Source: Chloroflexota bacterium
GTDB taxonomy: Bacteria; Chloroflexota; Dehalococcoidia; Dehalococcoidales; RBG-16-60-22
NCBI GenBank assembly: GCA_018829775.1
Contig: JAHJTL010000008.1
Location: forward strand, 13,967 to 77,966
DNA length: 64,000 nt
Reading direction: 5' to 3'
Shown: positions 26,132 through 35,029 of the stretch, piece by piece
Position numbering within the stretch: position 1 is the first letter of the stretch
Layout of the letters: each line of letters begins with the position of its first letter
Translations under genes and position numbers: made by a program
The notes under the pieces: model-generated
Databases searched by the model: none
The model's input: the letters and a program-made list of their open reading frames with translations, nothing else
Told to the model about the DNA's origin: nothing

Positions 26132-26812
26132 GTGGGTAACAATATAAACCTGACTATAAATGGCAAAGCGGTAAGTGGCCGTCCCGGTATGACCATCCTG
26201 GAGGCGGCCAGGGAAAACGACATCGATATTCCGACCCTCTGTTACATCCCGGACCTGCAGCCCATCGGTGCCTGCCGGCTTTGCGTCGTTGAGGTGGAAG
26301 GCTCCCGGACGCTGGTCGGTTCCTGCCATACTCCGATTGTGGAGGGTATGGCGATACAGACCCACTCGCCAAAAGTAATCGCCACGCGAAAAGTCTTGGT
26401 CGAACTGATGCTGGCCAGCCACCCTGATGCCTGCCTCATCTGTGACAAGGCCAATATCTGCGAGCTGCGACGCATTGCCGCCGACCTGGAAGTTGGCCTT
26501 CCCCGCTTCAGGGCCCGGAAGCACTATTATCCGGTTGAGGATGAGCACCCCAGGATGGTCCGTGATATGTCCAAGTGCGTGCAGTGCTGGCGGTGCGTTA
26601 TCGCCTGCAAAAGCAAAGGTGGCGAGCCGCTTTTCAGCACGGCATACCGTGGTTTCGAAAGCAAGGTAATTTACGGCTGCGACCAGCCGCTGGGCGGAGA
26701 AACCTGCGGGGACTGCGATGCCTGTATTGAGCTGTGCCCATCGGGGGCGCTGAGAAAAGTAAGGCAGCCTGGAGAAGAGAGGGCGAATAAGGCGCTTATT
26801 ATCAAAGGCTGA
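26132..26812 (+). CDS. NuoG/HydA N-terminal-like Fe-S protein (2Fe-2S + His-ligated 4Fe-4S + 2x4Fe-4S), no catalytic domain
   Basis: CRLCVVEVEG, HPDACLICDKANIC, CVQCWRCVIAC and CGDCDACIELCP motifs. Only 226 aa. GTG start. Confidence 0.8.
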   Translation: MGNNINLTINGKAVSGRPGMTILEAARENDIDIPTLCYIPDLQPIGACRLCVVEVEGSRTLVGSCHTPIVEGMAIQTHSPKVIATRKVLVELMLASHPDACLICDKANICELRRIAADLEVGLPRFRARKHYYPVEDEHPRMVRDMSKCVQCWRCVIACKSKGGEPLFSTAYRGFESKVIYGCDQPLGGETCGDCDACIELCPSGALRKVRQPGEERANKALIIKG

Positions 26813-26830
26813 GTCATCGGAAATGGTGAT

Positions 26831-27271
26831 ATGGCTGATAAAGGAGTTATAACACTGCCAAAGGACCGGGCTGATCTTGTAGTATGTCTGCAAGAGGCGC
26901 AGCGCCGGTACGGCCATGTGCCGGAAGAGGTTATCGCCGCGCTGGCCGAATCGCTGGCCATACCAGTCCATGAAGTCTATGGGGTTGCCAGCTTCTATTC
27001 GTTTCTTTCCACAAGGCCGCTGGGCAGGAACGTTATCCGTGTTTGCAAGAGCCTGCCCTGCTACCTGAAAAGTGCGGAAGTGATAATGGAGGCAGTGGAA
27101 AAAGAACTGGGCATTGGCCTTGGTGAGACGACAACCGACGGCAGGTTCACGTTCGAGTTGACCAACTGCATCGGCCTCTGCGACCGTGCCCCGGCCATGC
27201 TGATAAATCAAGACCCTCACCTTGACCTGACCCCGGAGAAGATAAAGCAAATTTTAAAATCGTACCGGTAA
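26831..27271 (+). CDS. NuoE-like 2Fe-2S thioredoxin-fold subunit
   Basis: CKSLPC...CIGLCDRAP Cys pattern. 146 aa. Confidence 0.85.
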   Translation: MADKGVITLPKDRADLVVCLQEAQRRYGHVPEEVIAALAESLAIPVHEVYGVASFYSFLSTRPLGRNVIRVCKSLPCYLKSAEVIMEAVEKELGIGLGETTTDGRFTFELTNCIGLCDRAPAMLINQDPHLDLTPEKIKQILKSYR

Positions 27272-27287
27272 CTGAGGAGGCTAATTC

Positions 27288-28484
27288 GTGCCGCAGCAGC
27301 GAGTGGTGCTTAAAAACTGCGATGTAATCGACCCGGAGCGAATTGACAGCTATCTGGAAAGCGGTGGTTTCAAGGCGCTGGCTAAAGCGCGCGATGAAAT
27401 GACTCCGGAGCAGATAACCGGTGAGCTTAAGGCTTCCGGGCTGAGGGGTCGGGGAGGGGCCGGCTTTCCCTGCGGAATCAAGTGGGAAGGCGCCCGCACC
27501 GCGCCAGGCGATATTAAATACGTTATCTGCAACGCCGATGAAGGCGAGGTGGGCACGTTCAAGGACCGTTACATCCTGGAGAAGGACCCCTTCACGCTCA
27601 TTGAAGGGATTCTTATTGCCGGTCACGCCATCGGAGCGAAGCAGGGCTATATCTACCTTCGCGCCGAATATCACTATCTCCTCGACCATTTACAGAATGC
27701 CATCGAACAGGTAAGGCAAAAAGGACTTATAGATGGCTTCAGTCTGGAAATCCGTGAGGGCGCAGGCGCCTACATCTGTGGCGAGGAGTCGGCGCTGATG
27801 GACTCCATCGAGGGGAAAAGGGGCGAGGCGCGCTACCGGCCTCCTTTTCCCACCACCTCCGGCCTCTGGGGAAAGCCGACCATCATCAACAATGTAGAAA
27901 CGCTGATGAATATCCCGCAGATTATCATGAACGGTGCCGACTGGTTCAGCCAGATGGGCACGGAGCGGAGTAAAGGAACAAAAGTCTTTTCCGTCAGCGG
28001 CGACGTGGCGAAACCAGGCGTGTATGAAATGGTGCTGGGCAGCCCGCTGCGTGAGCTGGTCGAGGAGCTGGCCGGGGCGAAGGATGTCAAGATGGTCCAG
28101 ATTGGCGGTGCCACGGGCAGGATTTTACCCGGCGGGGAAATGGATACGCCCCTGGCCTTTGAAGCTGTGCTCGGCGCGGGCGCCGTCACCGTCTATAACC
28201 AGAGCCGCGATGTGATTGACATTGTCTATCGGACCATGGAGTTTTTAACCGAGGAGTCCTGTGGTAAGTGCACTCCCTGCCGCCAGGGAACCGAGGTTAT
28301 GGCCGAGGTGCTGGATAAGTTTCACAAGAATGAAGGCTCGCTGAAAGAGCTGCGGAATCTGGAGGCCCTGTCCAGTGCCATGATGCTCTCTTCGCTGTGC
28401 GGTCTCGGGCAGGCGGCGCCCAATGCGGTGATGGACAGCCTGCAGTACTTTCGCAGTGAGTACGAGAGCCGGGTCGCCAAGTAA
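27288..28484 (+). CDS. NuoF-like NADH-binding FMN/4Fe-4S flavoprotein
   Basis: GLRGRGGAGFPCGIKW, NADEGEVGTFKDR, ESCGKCTPCRQG. GTG after GAGGAGG. Confidence 0.88.
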   Translation: MPQQRVVLKNCDVIDPERIDSYLESGGFKALAKARDEMTPEQITGELKASGLRGRGGAGFPCGIKWEGARTAPGDIKYVICNADEGEVGTFKDRYILEKDPFTLIEGILIAGHAIGAKQGYIYLRAEYHYLLDHLQNAIEQVRQKGLIDGFSLEIREGAGAYICGEESALMDSIEGKRGEARYRPPFPTTSGLWGKPTIINNVETLMNIPQIIMNGADWFSQMGTERSKGTKVFSVSGDVAKPGVYEMVLGSPLRELVEELAGAKDVKMVQIGGATGRILPGGEMDTPLAFEAVLGAGAVTVYNQSRDVIDIVYRTMEFLTEESCGKCTPCRQGTEVMAEVLDKFHKNEGSLKELRNLEALSSAMMLSSLCGLGQAAPNAVMDSLQYFRSEYESRVAK

Positions 28485-28496
28485 GGAGGTGTGGCA

Positions 28497-29174
28497 ATGA
28501 AGACGATTACCAGTCAGAAACCAGCCGAAGAGGTAATGGGTTACCTTGAGAAGTGCCAGAAGGTTTATATTATCGGCTGTGGCACCTGTGCCACCATGTG
28601 CCACACCGGTGGCAAATCTGAAGTTCTGGAGATGAAGGAGAAGCTCGAGGGCAGCGGCAAGGCAGTCACCGGCTGGATGATAATTCCCACCGCCTGTGAT
28701 GAACTGACCAAATATGCCTTGGAAGAGGAGGCGGGGCGGATTAAGGAGGCCGATTGCGTGCTGGCCATGACCTGTGCCGTTGGCGTGCAGACCATAGCCC
28801 TGCATTTGAAAGACAAAAAACCGGTATATCCCGCGTTGAATACCCTGTTCATTGGTATGGAGGACAGTCCGGGACACTTCAGCGAGGTATGCCTGCAGTG
28901 TGGTAGTTGCGTGCTGGGGCGGACGGCAGCCATCTGCCCGCTGGTCCGGTGCTCCAAGAGCCTGCTGAACGGGCCCTGCGGCGGCTCGGCGGGGGGCAAG
29001 TGCGAGGTATCGGAAGACATCCCCTGCGCCTGGCAGCTCATCTATGACCGCCTTTCCGAAATGGGACGGCTTGACGAAATGGAGGAAATCGAGCCCGTTA
29101 AAGACTGGAGCGTGAGTGTTACCGGTGGGCCACGGAAGATAGATGTGGATGCGGAGTGTACCACTACCTCATAG
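28497..29174 (+). CDS. metV: methylene-THF reductase-associated Cys-rich subunit (MetV / MTHFR C-terminal-domain protein)
   Basis: Cys clusters CGTCATMC, CLQCGSCV, CPLVRC, CGG..GGKCE. ATG lies 6 nt after AAGGAGG. Confidence 0.75.
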   Translation: MKTITSQKPAEEVMGYLEKCQKVYIIGCGTCATMCHTGGKSEVLEMKEKLEGSGKAVTGWMIIPTACDELTKYALEEEAGRIKEADCVLAMTCAVGVQTIALHLKDKKPVYPALNTLFIGMEDSPGHFSEVCLQCGSCVLGRTAAICPLVRCSKSLLNGPCGGSAGGKCEVSEDIPCAWQLIYDRLSEMGRLDEMEEIEPVKDWSVSVTGGPRKIDVDAECTTTS

Positions 29175-29183
29175 GAGGCGAAG

Positions 29184-30101
29184 ATGAAAGCCGGAACGAA
29201 TCTGGAACGAATATTGACGAGCGGTAAATTTGCCGTGACGGCAGAAGCTGGACCGCCTAAAGGCACCAGCGCCGAGGTTATACGAAAGAAAGGTGAACTG
29301 CTCCGCAACTGCTGCGATGCGGTGAACGTTACCGATAACCAGACGGCCATTGTGCGCATGTCAAGCGTCGCCGGCTGCCTGCTCCTGAAACAGCAGGGCA
29401 TTGAGCCGGTGATGCAGATGGTCGTTCGCGACCGTAACCGGCTGGCACTGCAGGCCGATGTGCTCGGCGCGGTCGCCCTCGGTATCAATAACATCCTCTG
29501 TCTTTCCGGCGACCATCAGAAGTTCGGTAACCATCCGACGGCCAAGGGTGTCTTTGATATCGACTCAATTCAGCTCATCCAGACTCTGAAAATAATGCGC
29601 GACGAGCATAAATTCATTTCCGGAGAGGATGTATCCGGGGAAGTGCCCGTGTTCATCGGGGCTGCGGCCAATCCTTTTGCCGACCCGTTTGAATACCGGG
29701 TGAGCCGGCTGGCGAAGAAGGTGAAAGCCGGCGCCGATTTCATTCAGACACAGGCCGTCTATGATGTGCCCAAGTTCGCCAGGTGGATGGAAATGCTGAC
29801 GGAACGGGGCCTGGACAAACAGGTGCACATCATGGCCGGTGTCATTCCCATCCGGTCAGCCGGTATGGCCCGCTACATGCGCGACTACGTTCCCGGGGTA
29901 AACGTTCCCGATGAAATCGTGACCCGGATGGAGAAGTCGGAAGCTCCCAAAGAAGAGGGTGTGAGGATAACCCTGGAAATCATCGAGCGGCTGAAGGATA
30001 TGCCCGGCGTACACGGCATTCACATCATGGCGGTGGGCTGGGAGGATATAGTCCCTGAGGTCGTGGAGAAGTCAGGCCTGATGCCGAGGCCGGTGGTTTA
30101 A
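29184..30101 (+). CDS. metF: methylenetetrahydrofolate reductase
   Basis: FAVTAEAGPPKGTS...NVTDNQTAIVRMSS is typical of anaerobe-type MetF. AGGAGG SD. Confidence 0.85.
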   Translation: MKAGTNLERILTSGKFAVTAEAGPPKGTSAEVIRKKGELLRNCCDAVNVTDNQTAIVRMSSVAGCLLLKQQGIEPVMQMVVRDRNRLALQADVLGAVALGINNILCLSGDHQKFGNHPTAKGVFDIDSIQLIQTLKIMRDEHKFISGEDVSGEVPVFIGAAANPFADPFEYRVSRLAKKVKAGADFIQTQAVYDVPKFARWMEMLTERGLDKQVHIMAGVIPIRSAGMARYMRDYVPGVNVPDEIVTRMEKSEAPKEEGVRITLEIIERLKDMPGVHGIHIMAVGWEDIVPEVVEKSGLMPRPVV

Positions 30102-30217
30102 GCCATTTTATTAAACCTCATATTCTATGGCCGATTGAGAGCCTATTCTCTTCTCGCTTTTTTCTAGCCACTGCAGTACGATGTTACTGGAATATCCTTT
30201 GTTAGAATCCCATCGGT

Positions 30218-31258
30218 ATGAAAACGAGCGATTTCGACTACGTGCTCCCTCAAGAACTCATCGCGCAGACGCCGGTTGAACCCAGAGATAACTCCCGCCT
30301 GATGGTGGTGAACCGCGCTGACGACTCGATAGAACATCGCCGCTTTTATGACATCGTTGATTACCTCCGTGCCGGCGACGTTCTCGTTTTCAATGAAAGC
30401 CTTGTAATACCGGCCCGGCTCTACGGTCGTAAAGTGGATAGCGGTGGACGCGTGGAAATATTGCTGCTGCGTCGGCTGGAGGAAGGCATCTGGGAAGCGC
30501 TGGTCCGGAGAGGTAAACGACTTCGCATCGGCAGCTGGCTATCGATAGGGGATGAAAAGGAGGAGAACGCTTCTCCAACTATAATGGCGGAGGTGGTTGA
30601 CCAGGATGAGGGAGGTATAAAGGTTATCAGGTTCTCCGATGAAACGGTGCTGTCCGAACTGGGTAAAGTACCACTGCCGCCGTATATCAATACCCCACTC
30701 TCCCACCCCGAGCGCTATCAGACGGTGTATGCCCGGGTGGCGGGCAGTGTGGCCGCACCCACCGCCGGCCTGCACTTTACGCCGGAGTTGCTCGACAGGC
30801 TGGAGAAGAAAGGAGTGCGACTTCTCTTTATCTGTCTGCACATCGGTCTGGATACCTTCAGCCCGGTAAGGGAAGAAGACCCAGGGAAACATCATATCCA
30901 CCGCGAGTACGGTATAGTCAGTAAGGAAGTGGCAGGCGAACTATCCGAGGCGAAGCGGCAGGGAAGAAGGGTTATCTGCGTTGGCACTACTACGGTTCGG
31001 ATTCTGGAGCAGGTGGCACAGCTTTATCAACCGGAGCAAATTCAGCCGTTTGCCGACTGGGTCAGCCTGTACATCCTGCCCGGCCACCGGTTCCGCATGG
31101 TCGATGCGCTGCTCACCAATTATCACCTGCCCCGTTCCACACTTTTGATGCTGGTGACCGCCTTTGCCGGTAAAAAACTTATCGATAACGCCTATCGGGA
31201 AGCAATCAATGCAGGAAATCGATTCTACAGCTTTGGCGACGCAATGCTTATCTTGTAA
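30218..31258 (+). CDS. queA: S-adenosylmethionine:tRNA ribosyltransferase-isomerase
   Basis: DFDYVLPQELIAQTPVEPRDNSRLMVV N-terminus. 346 aa. Confidence 0.92.
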   Translation: MKTSDFDYVLPQELIAQTPVEPRDNSRLMVVNRADDSIEHRRFYDIVDYLRAGDVLVFNESLVIPARLYGRKVDSGGRVEILLLRRLEEGIWEALVRRGKRLRIGSWLSIGDEKEENASPTIMAEVVDQDEGGIKVIRFSDETVLSELGKVPLPPYINTPLSHPERYQTVYARVAGSVAAPTAGLHFTPELLDRLEKKGVRLLFICLHIGLDTFSPVREEDPGKHHIHREYGIVSKEVAGELSEAKRQGRRVICVGTTTVRILEQVAQLYQPEQIQPFADWVSLYILPGHRFRMVDALLTNYHLPRSTLLMLVTAFAGKKLIDNAYREAINAGNRFYSFGDAMLIL

Positions 31259-31338
31259 CACACGATGTAACAAGTCAATAAGATGAAGATGGTAAGGTGG
31301 CAGGCCTAGCAGAGAGAAATTGTTGTTGAGGTTTTGGT

Positions 31339-32001
31339 GTGTCAGATAAATCTGGAAAGCGGGATGCGGTTGATATTACCCGAAAGACTTATGACGAGAT
31401 TGCCGGGGACTACATGCGTCGCCTCAAAAACCCTTACCTGGGAGGGTCAGAGGCCTACCATAAGACGGCGATAGACAGGTTTGTGTCCTTACTGCCGTCT
31501 CCACAGGTCCGAGTATTGGATGAGGGCTGCGGCTTTGGGCATGACCTCGGTTATTTCCGGGCAAAAAGGTTGAATATTTATGGCGTTGACCTATCCCAAA
31601 GTATGCTGTCGTTAACCCGGCATAACTTTCCTGAAGTACCGCTATGTCACATGGATATGCGCTGGTTGAATTTCAAGCCGCAAAGTTTTGGAGGCGTATG
31701 GGCGGCGCATTGCTTGTACCATATCCCCAAGCGGGATATCGGTCTGGTCATCAATGGTATAAGACATGTTTTAATGGCTCAAGGTGTCTTTTTCTGCAGC
31801 CTGAAGCTGGGCGAGGGGGAGGAGATTGACACTGGTCAACAGGCGGTGAGTTATCCTGGAAAACCCCGTTTTTATGCCCTTTATACCGAAAATGAGGCCA
31901 GGAAAATGCTGAGCGGTTTCGATATTGTGGAGTGGGATGTCAAGCCGGAGATTTACTATGGCAGTCCCTGGCTGTATGCTTGGTTGAAAAAAACTGGTTA
32001 A
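31339..32001 (+). CDS. class I SAM-dependent methyltransferase
   Basis: VLDEGCGFGHD motif I. GTG start. Confidence 0.75.
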   Translation: MSDKSGKRDAVDITRKTYDEIAGDYMRRLKNPYLGGSEAYHKTAIDRFVSLLPSPQVRVLDEGCGFGHDLGYFRAKRLNIYGVDLSQSMLSLTRHNFPEVPLCHMDMRWLNFKPQSFGGVWAAHCLYHIPKRDIGLVINGIRHVLMAQGVFFCSLKLGEGEEIDTGQQAVSYPGKPRFYALYTENEARKMLSGFDIVEWDVKPEIYYGSPWLYAWLKKTG

Positions 32002-32387
32002 GAAATTGGTTCCTCAGGCATGGTGCGCGAAAGTTTTTTCAGGTTGTCCAGAATTTCATCAAAATACGTTGCGCTCGTGTTGATAACCTGCTGATATTCT
32101 TTTATCAGTCCATTCATTTCCCGAATCAGCTTATCGTTTTTCTCGATGGCGGCCGCGACCTCTTCATTCATGCTTTCCATGCGTCCGTTGATTATCTGTG
32201 CATGCTCGTTAATAACTTCTGACTGCTGTGCCATTACCACAGTCAGTTCATCAACATGTTGGCGTAACGTAGAAAGTTCCTCCTCGGTGCAGGTATTGTA
32301 ATTCTTAATATAAAAATAACCGGCCAGCAGTCCACCTACCAGCACTATGGTTAATGTGATATTCCAGACCAGCAACCCTTTATGCAT
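31998..32387 (-). CDS. membrane-anchored coiled-coil hypothetical protein
   Basis: N-terminal TM helix followed by a heptad-like helical region. Confidence 0.6.
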   Translation of the reverse strand: MHKGLLVWNITLTIVLVGGLLAGYFYIKNYNTCTEEELSTLRQHVDELTVVMAQQSEVINEHAQIINGRMESMNEEVAAAIEKNDKLIREMNGLIKEYQQVINTSATYFDEILDNLKKLSRTMPEEPIS

Positions 32388-32558
32388 TACTTCAACCTCC
32401 TAGCTTTGCGGACAAACCAGAGCTAATCTTCATTATTAAAGTCTGCATTTTAATGGTGTACTTCTTTTTTCCATTATAAGCTATCAGCTCTGATATAAAA
32501 AACTATTCCCGGGAAAATTACCCGGGAATAGTTACTTCAGCCAACTACCGAGGTTACA

Positions 32559-33677
32559 TTAGTATTGAGTGCGGAAACCATAGTACCAGACGATAATAAC
32601 GGCAACAGTGACGGTTGCCACCAGGGAGATGATAATTGCCACCCAGGGCGTCGGTGTGGGAACCGGGGCGGGTACAGCTGGTGGTACCGGAGCGGTGGGC
32701 GCCGGGTATTCCACTGCCGGAGCCGTTATCGAGGGTACTGTTGACGTTATCACTACAGGCTTGACTGCTACCGGATTGACGGTAAATGTTCCGGAGAGTC
32801 CATTGATATCTACCTTGTAGCTGCCCGGCTTACCCTGAATGGTGATAAAGGACACAGTCTCGGATTCATGGCCAGCCAGCTTGATGATCTTGCTGGAAAC
32901 AGCCACGCCATTTATCTTGAGCGTTACCTTGGTATTGCCGGAAATATCGCCTGTATTGGCGACAACCGCACTGATGGTCGATTGTTCAGCTACTTCGATT
33001 GCAGTCGGTGAGATGGTCAGGCCGCTGATGGTAAATTCCGACGGTGCCGTATGGGCCATGACACTGTAGTAGGTGAAGTGGCTTATCTCGGCCGTGATGG
33101 TATTGGTCACTGGGTCAATTGTTATATTTTCGGCATCAAGCATCACCCACTGCTGTGTATCCTGGTCATAGTAACCCAATGTGAGGCTTTCCGGGCCCAG
33201 TCCGCTTGGTATCCAGTCGGGGTTATAGACGAAAGTGACCACGATATATGGGTCAAAGATGGCCCCATCCGGTTCAAGGTCATAGTTTAAACCGATGAAG
33301 CTCATATCTGGCGGTGGTGCCTGAGGGTGAACTCTAGTTATGCGTACTTCGGCCAGCGGGTCACCGGCCCTGGTCTGACCGACGGTACCTTTGGGAATCG
33401 TGAGAGTGAGATTCCCATCATCCGATTCGAAAGTGGTTTCCTTGGTAAATACTCCTCCTGAAGTAGTTACCCCACCAGTACCTCCTCCGGTGGTCGGCGG
33501 TGGCGGTTCGCCATACCCGTAACCCTGACCGTAGGCCACCTGAAGCTGACTTGGTTTTGGCAGCAGTAGCAGAGTGGCAAAGATGGCAAGAATTACGGCC
33601 AGCTTAGCCCATTTTCTGATATCAGCCTTTTTCATTTCTACCACATCCCCATTATTGTTTTCTCGCTTTATCGACAT
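32559..33677 (-). CDS. cell-surface protein with one CARDB-like domain and a C-terminal TM anchor
   Basis: N-terminal signal/TM, CARDB-like ISPTAIEVAEQSTISAVVANTGD, Pro/Ala/Val linker, TM tail. The start may be the internal ATG at 33635. Confidence 0.7.
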   Translation of the reverse strand: MSIKRENNNGDVVEMKKADIRKWAKLAVILAIFATLLLLPKPSQLQVAYGQGYGYGEPPPPTTGGGTGGVTTSGGVFTKETTFESDDGNLTLTIPKGTVGQTRAGDPLAEVRITRVHPQAPPPDMSFIGLNYDLEPDGAIFDPYIVVTFVYNPDWIPSGLGPESLTLGYYDQDTQQWVMLDAENITIDPVTNTITAEISHFTYYSVMAHTAPSEFTISGLTISPTAIEVAEQSTISAVVANTGDISGNTKVTLKINGVAVSSKIIKLAGHESETVSFITIQGKPGSYKVDINGLSGTFTVNPVAVKPVVITSTVPSITAPAVEYPAPTAPVPPAVPAPVPTPTPWVAIIISLVATVTVAVIIVWYYGFRTQY

Positions 33678-34060
33678 TATATTTTAAATTTTAAATATAT
33701 AAATGTCAAGGCTATTGTTATTATCTTGAGAATACTTCAGGCGAAATCGGGTTATATATTGGACAAAAAGGCATTTTATATAACTAGATGCGCTAATACA
33801 AATAGAATGGTCTTCTGTCTGCTCCGATACTGACATCGATAACTTTTTACCTGTGACCAATGTATGATATCGGCGTGAAATGATTTGTTTTTACAACAAC
33901 AATATAATCGTGAGCATGATAATGGTTGATTTTGATGGTCGTCAGGGACGGATATCAATGCATACTCATGATTTTCGTATTCGGTCTGGGTTATAATGGT
34001 AAAATAAATGGGCCAGATAAAACGCCGGTGTCATAAGTTTAAATAAACAGGACGATTCCA

Positions 34061-35029
34061 TTGACAGCTCAGAAGTCAGCAAAGATATCCGTTATCATCC
34101 CGGTGAAGAACGTGTCCGGAAAGATAAAGCAGTGCCTGAAGGCGGTTTTTGCCCAGTCGCTCATGCCGTACGAGGTGATTGTGGTTGACGGGCGCTCCAC
34201 AGATGGCACCGCAGAACGAGCGCAAAATTATCCGGTGAAGGTTTTTTATCAGGACTACGGGGCTGCCGGGGCCGCCCGACAGATTGGCGTGGAGCACGCC
34301 GAAGGTGAATATCTCGCTTTCACCGATGGCGACAGCATTCCCGGCAGGGACTGGCTGAAAAATCTCGTTGGCGGTTTTGACGAAGGCGTTGTCGGCGTTG
34401 GCGGTGGAATACAGAATATTGGACAGGGAATATGGACCAATTCCATTAACCTTGCCTTCGCCACTTTTCTGGGCAGCGGCCGTTCCGTGCAGGGCGGAGC
34501 TTCCTTTTCCGACCGCTTTGTAAAAAGCATCAGCGGCTGCAACAGCATGTACCGCAAGAGCGACCTTTTAAGGGCGGGCGGCTTTGACCCGAATTTGTCC
34601 GGCGCTGATGAGACGGAGCTGAACGCCAGGCTGCTGAAGTCTGGTAGGCTGCGTTACGTCAGCGATGCCGCTGTCCTTCACGACCACAGCCGGGGTTTGA
34701 AGGAGTTCGCCAAGAATATGTATCGCTACGGAGGCTGGAGGAAAGAATGCGGGGTGTGGGACTGGCCGGTGATTCCTCCACTGCTGGCCCCTCTGCTTTT
34801 GCTGACACTGCTCGCCAGCCGCTGGATTCTGACGACCATCATCGGCTTCTATCTGGTCATAGTAGGGCTGCATGGGCTGTATTTTACTATTAAAAAGAAA
34901 GATTTAAAATATCTGGTTACCATTCCGGTCGTCTTTATTCTTGAGCATCTCTGCTATACCATCGGTTTCTGGAAAGAGGTATTTATACCGCGAAAAATGC
35001 CGAAGCCGGCAGGGGAACCGCCGAAATGA
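34061..35029 (+). CDS. family 2 glycosyltransferase with C-terminal TM segments
   Basis: ISVIIPVKN, VVDGRSTDGT, TDGDS motifs. Confidence 0.82.
   Translation: MTAQKSAKISVIIPVKNVSGKIKQCLKAVFAQSLMPYEVIVVDGRSTDGTAERAQNYPVKVFYQDYGAAGAARQIGVEHAEGEYLAFTDGDSIPGRDWLKNLVGGFDEGVVGVGGGIQNIGQGIWTNSINLAFATFLGSGRSVQGGASFSDRFVKSISGCNSMYRKSDLLRAGGFDPNLSGADETELNARLLKSGRLRYVSDAAVLHDHSRGLKEFAKNMYRYGGWRKECGVWDWPVIPPLLAPLLLLTLLASRWILTTIIGFYLVIVGLHGLYFTIKKKDLKYLVTIPVVFILEHLCYTIGFWKEVFIPRKMPKPAGEPPK

Noticed and set aside
26090-27250. 386-aa ORF on the minus strand
   Set aside because: It is antisense to the NuoG-like and NuoE-like genes, which carry clear Fe-S motifs. It is Arg/Gly/Ala/Gln-biased and low-complexity, with no SD or recognisable domain. 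This is a typical shadow ORF of GC-rich coding DNA.
33776-33958. 60-aa minus-strand ORF in the AT-rich intergenic region
   Set aside because: No SD. Cys/Ser/Gln-rich improbable composition. It is most likely non-coding promoter DNA between divergent genes.
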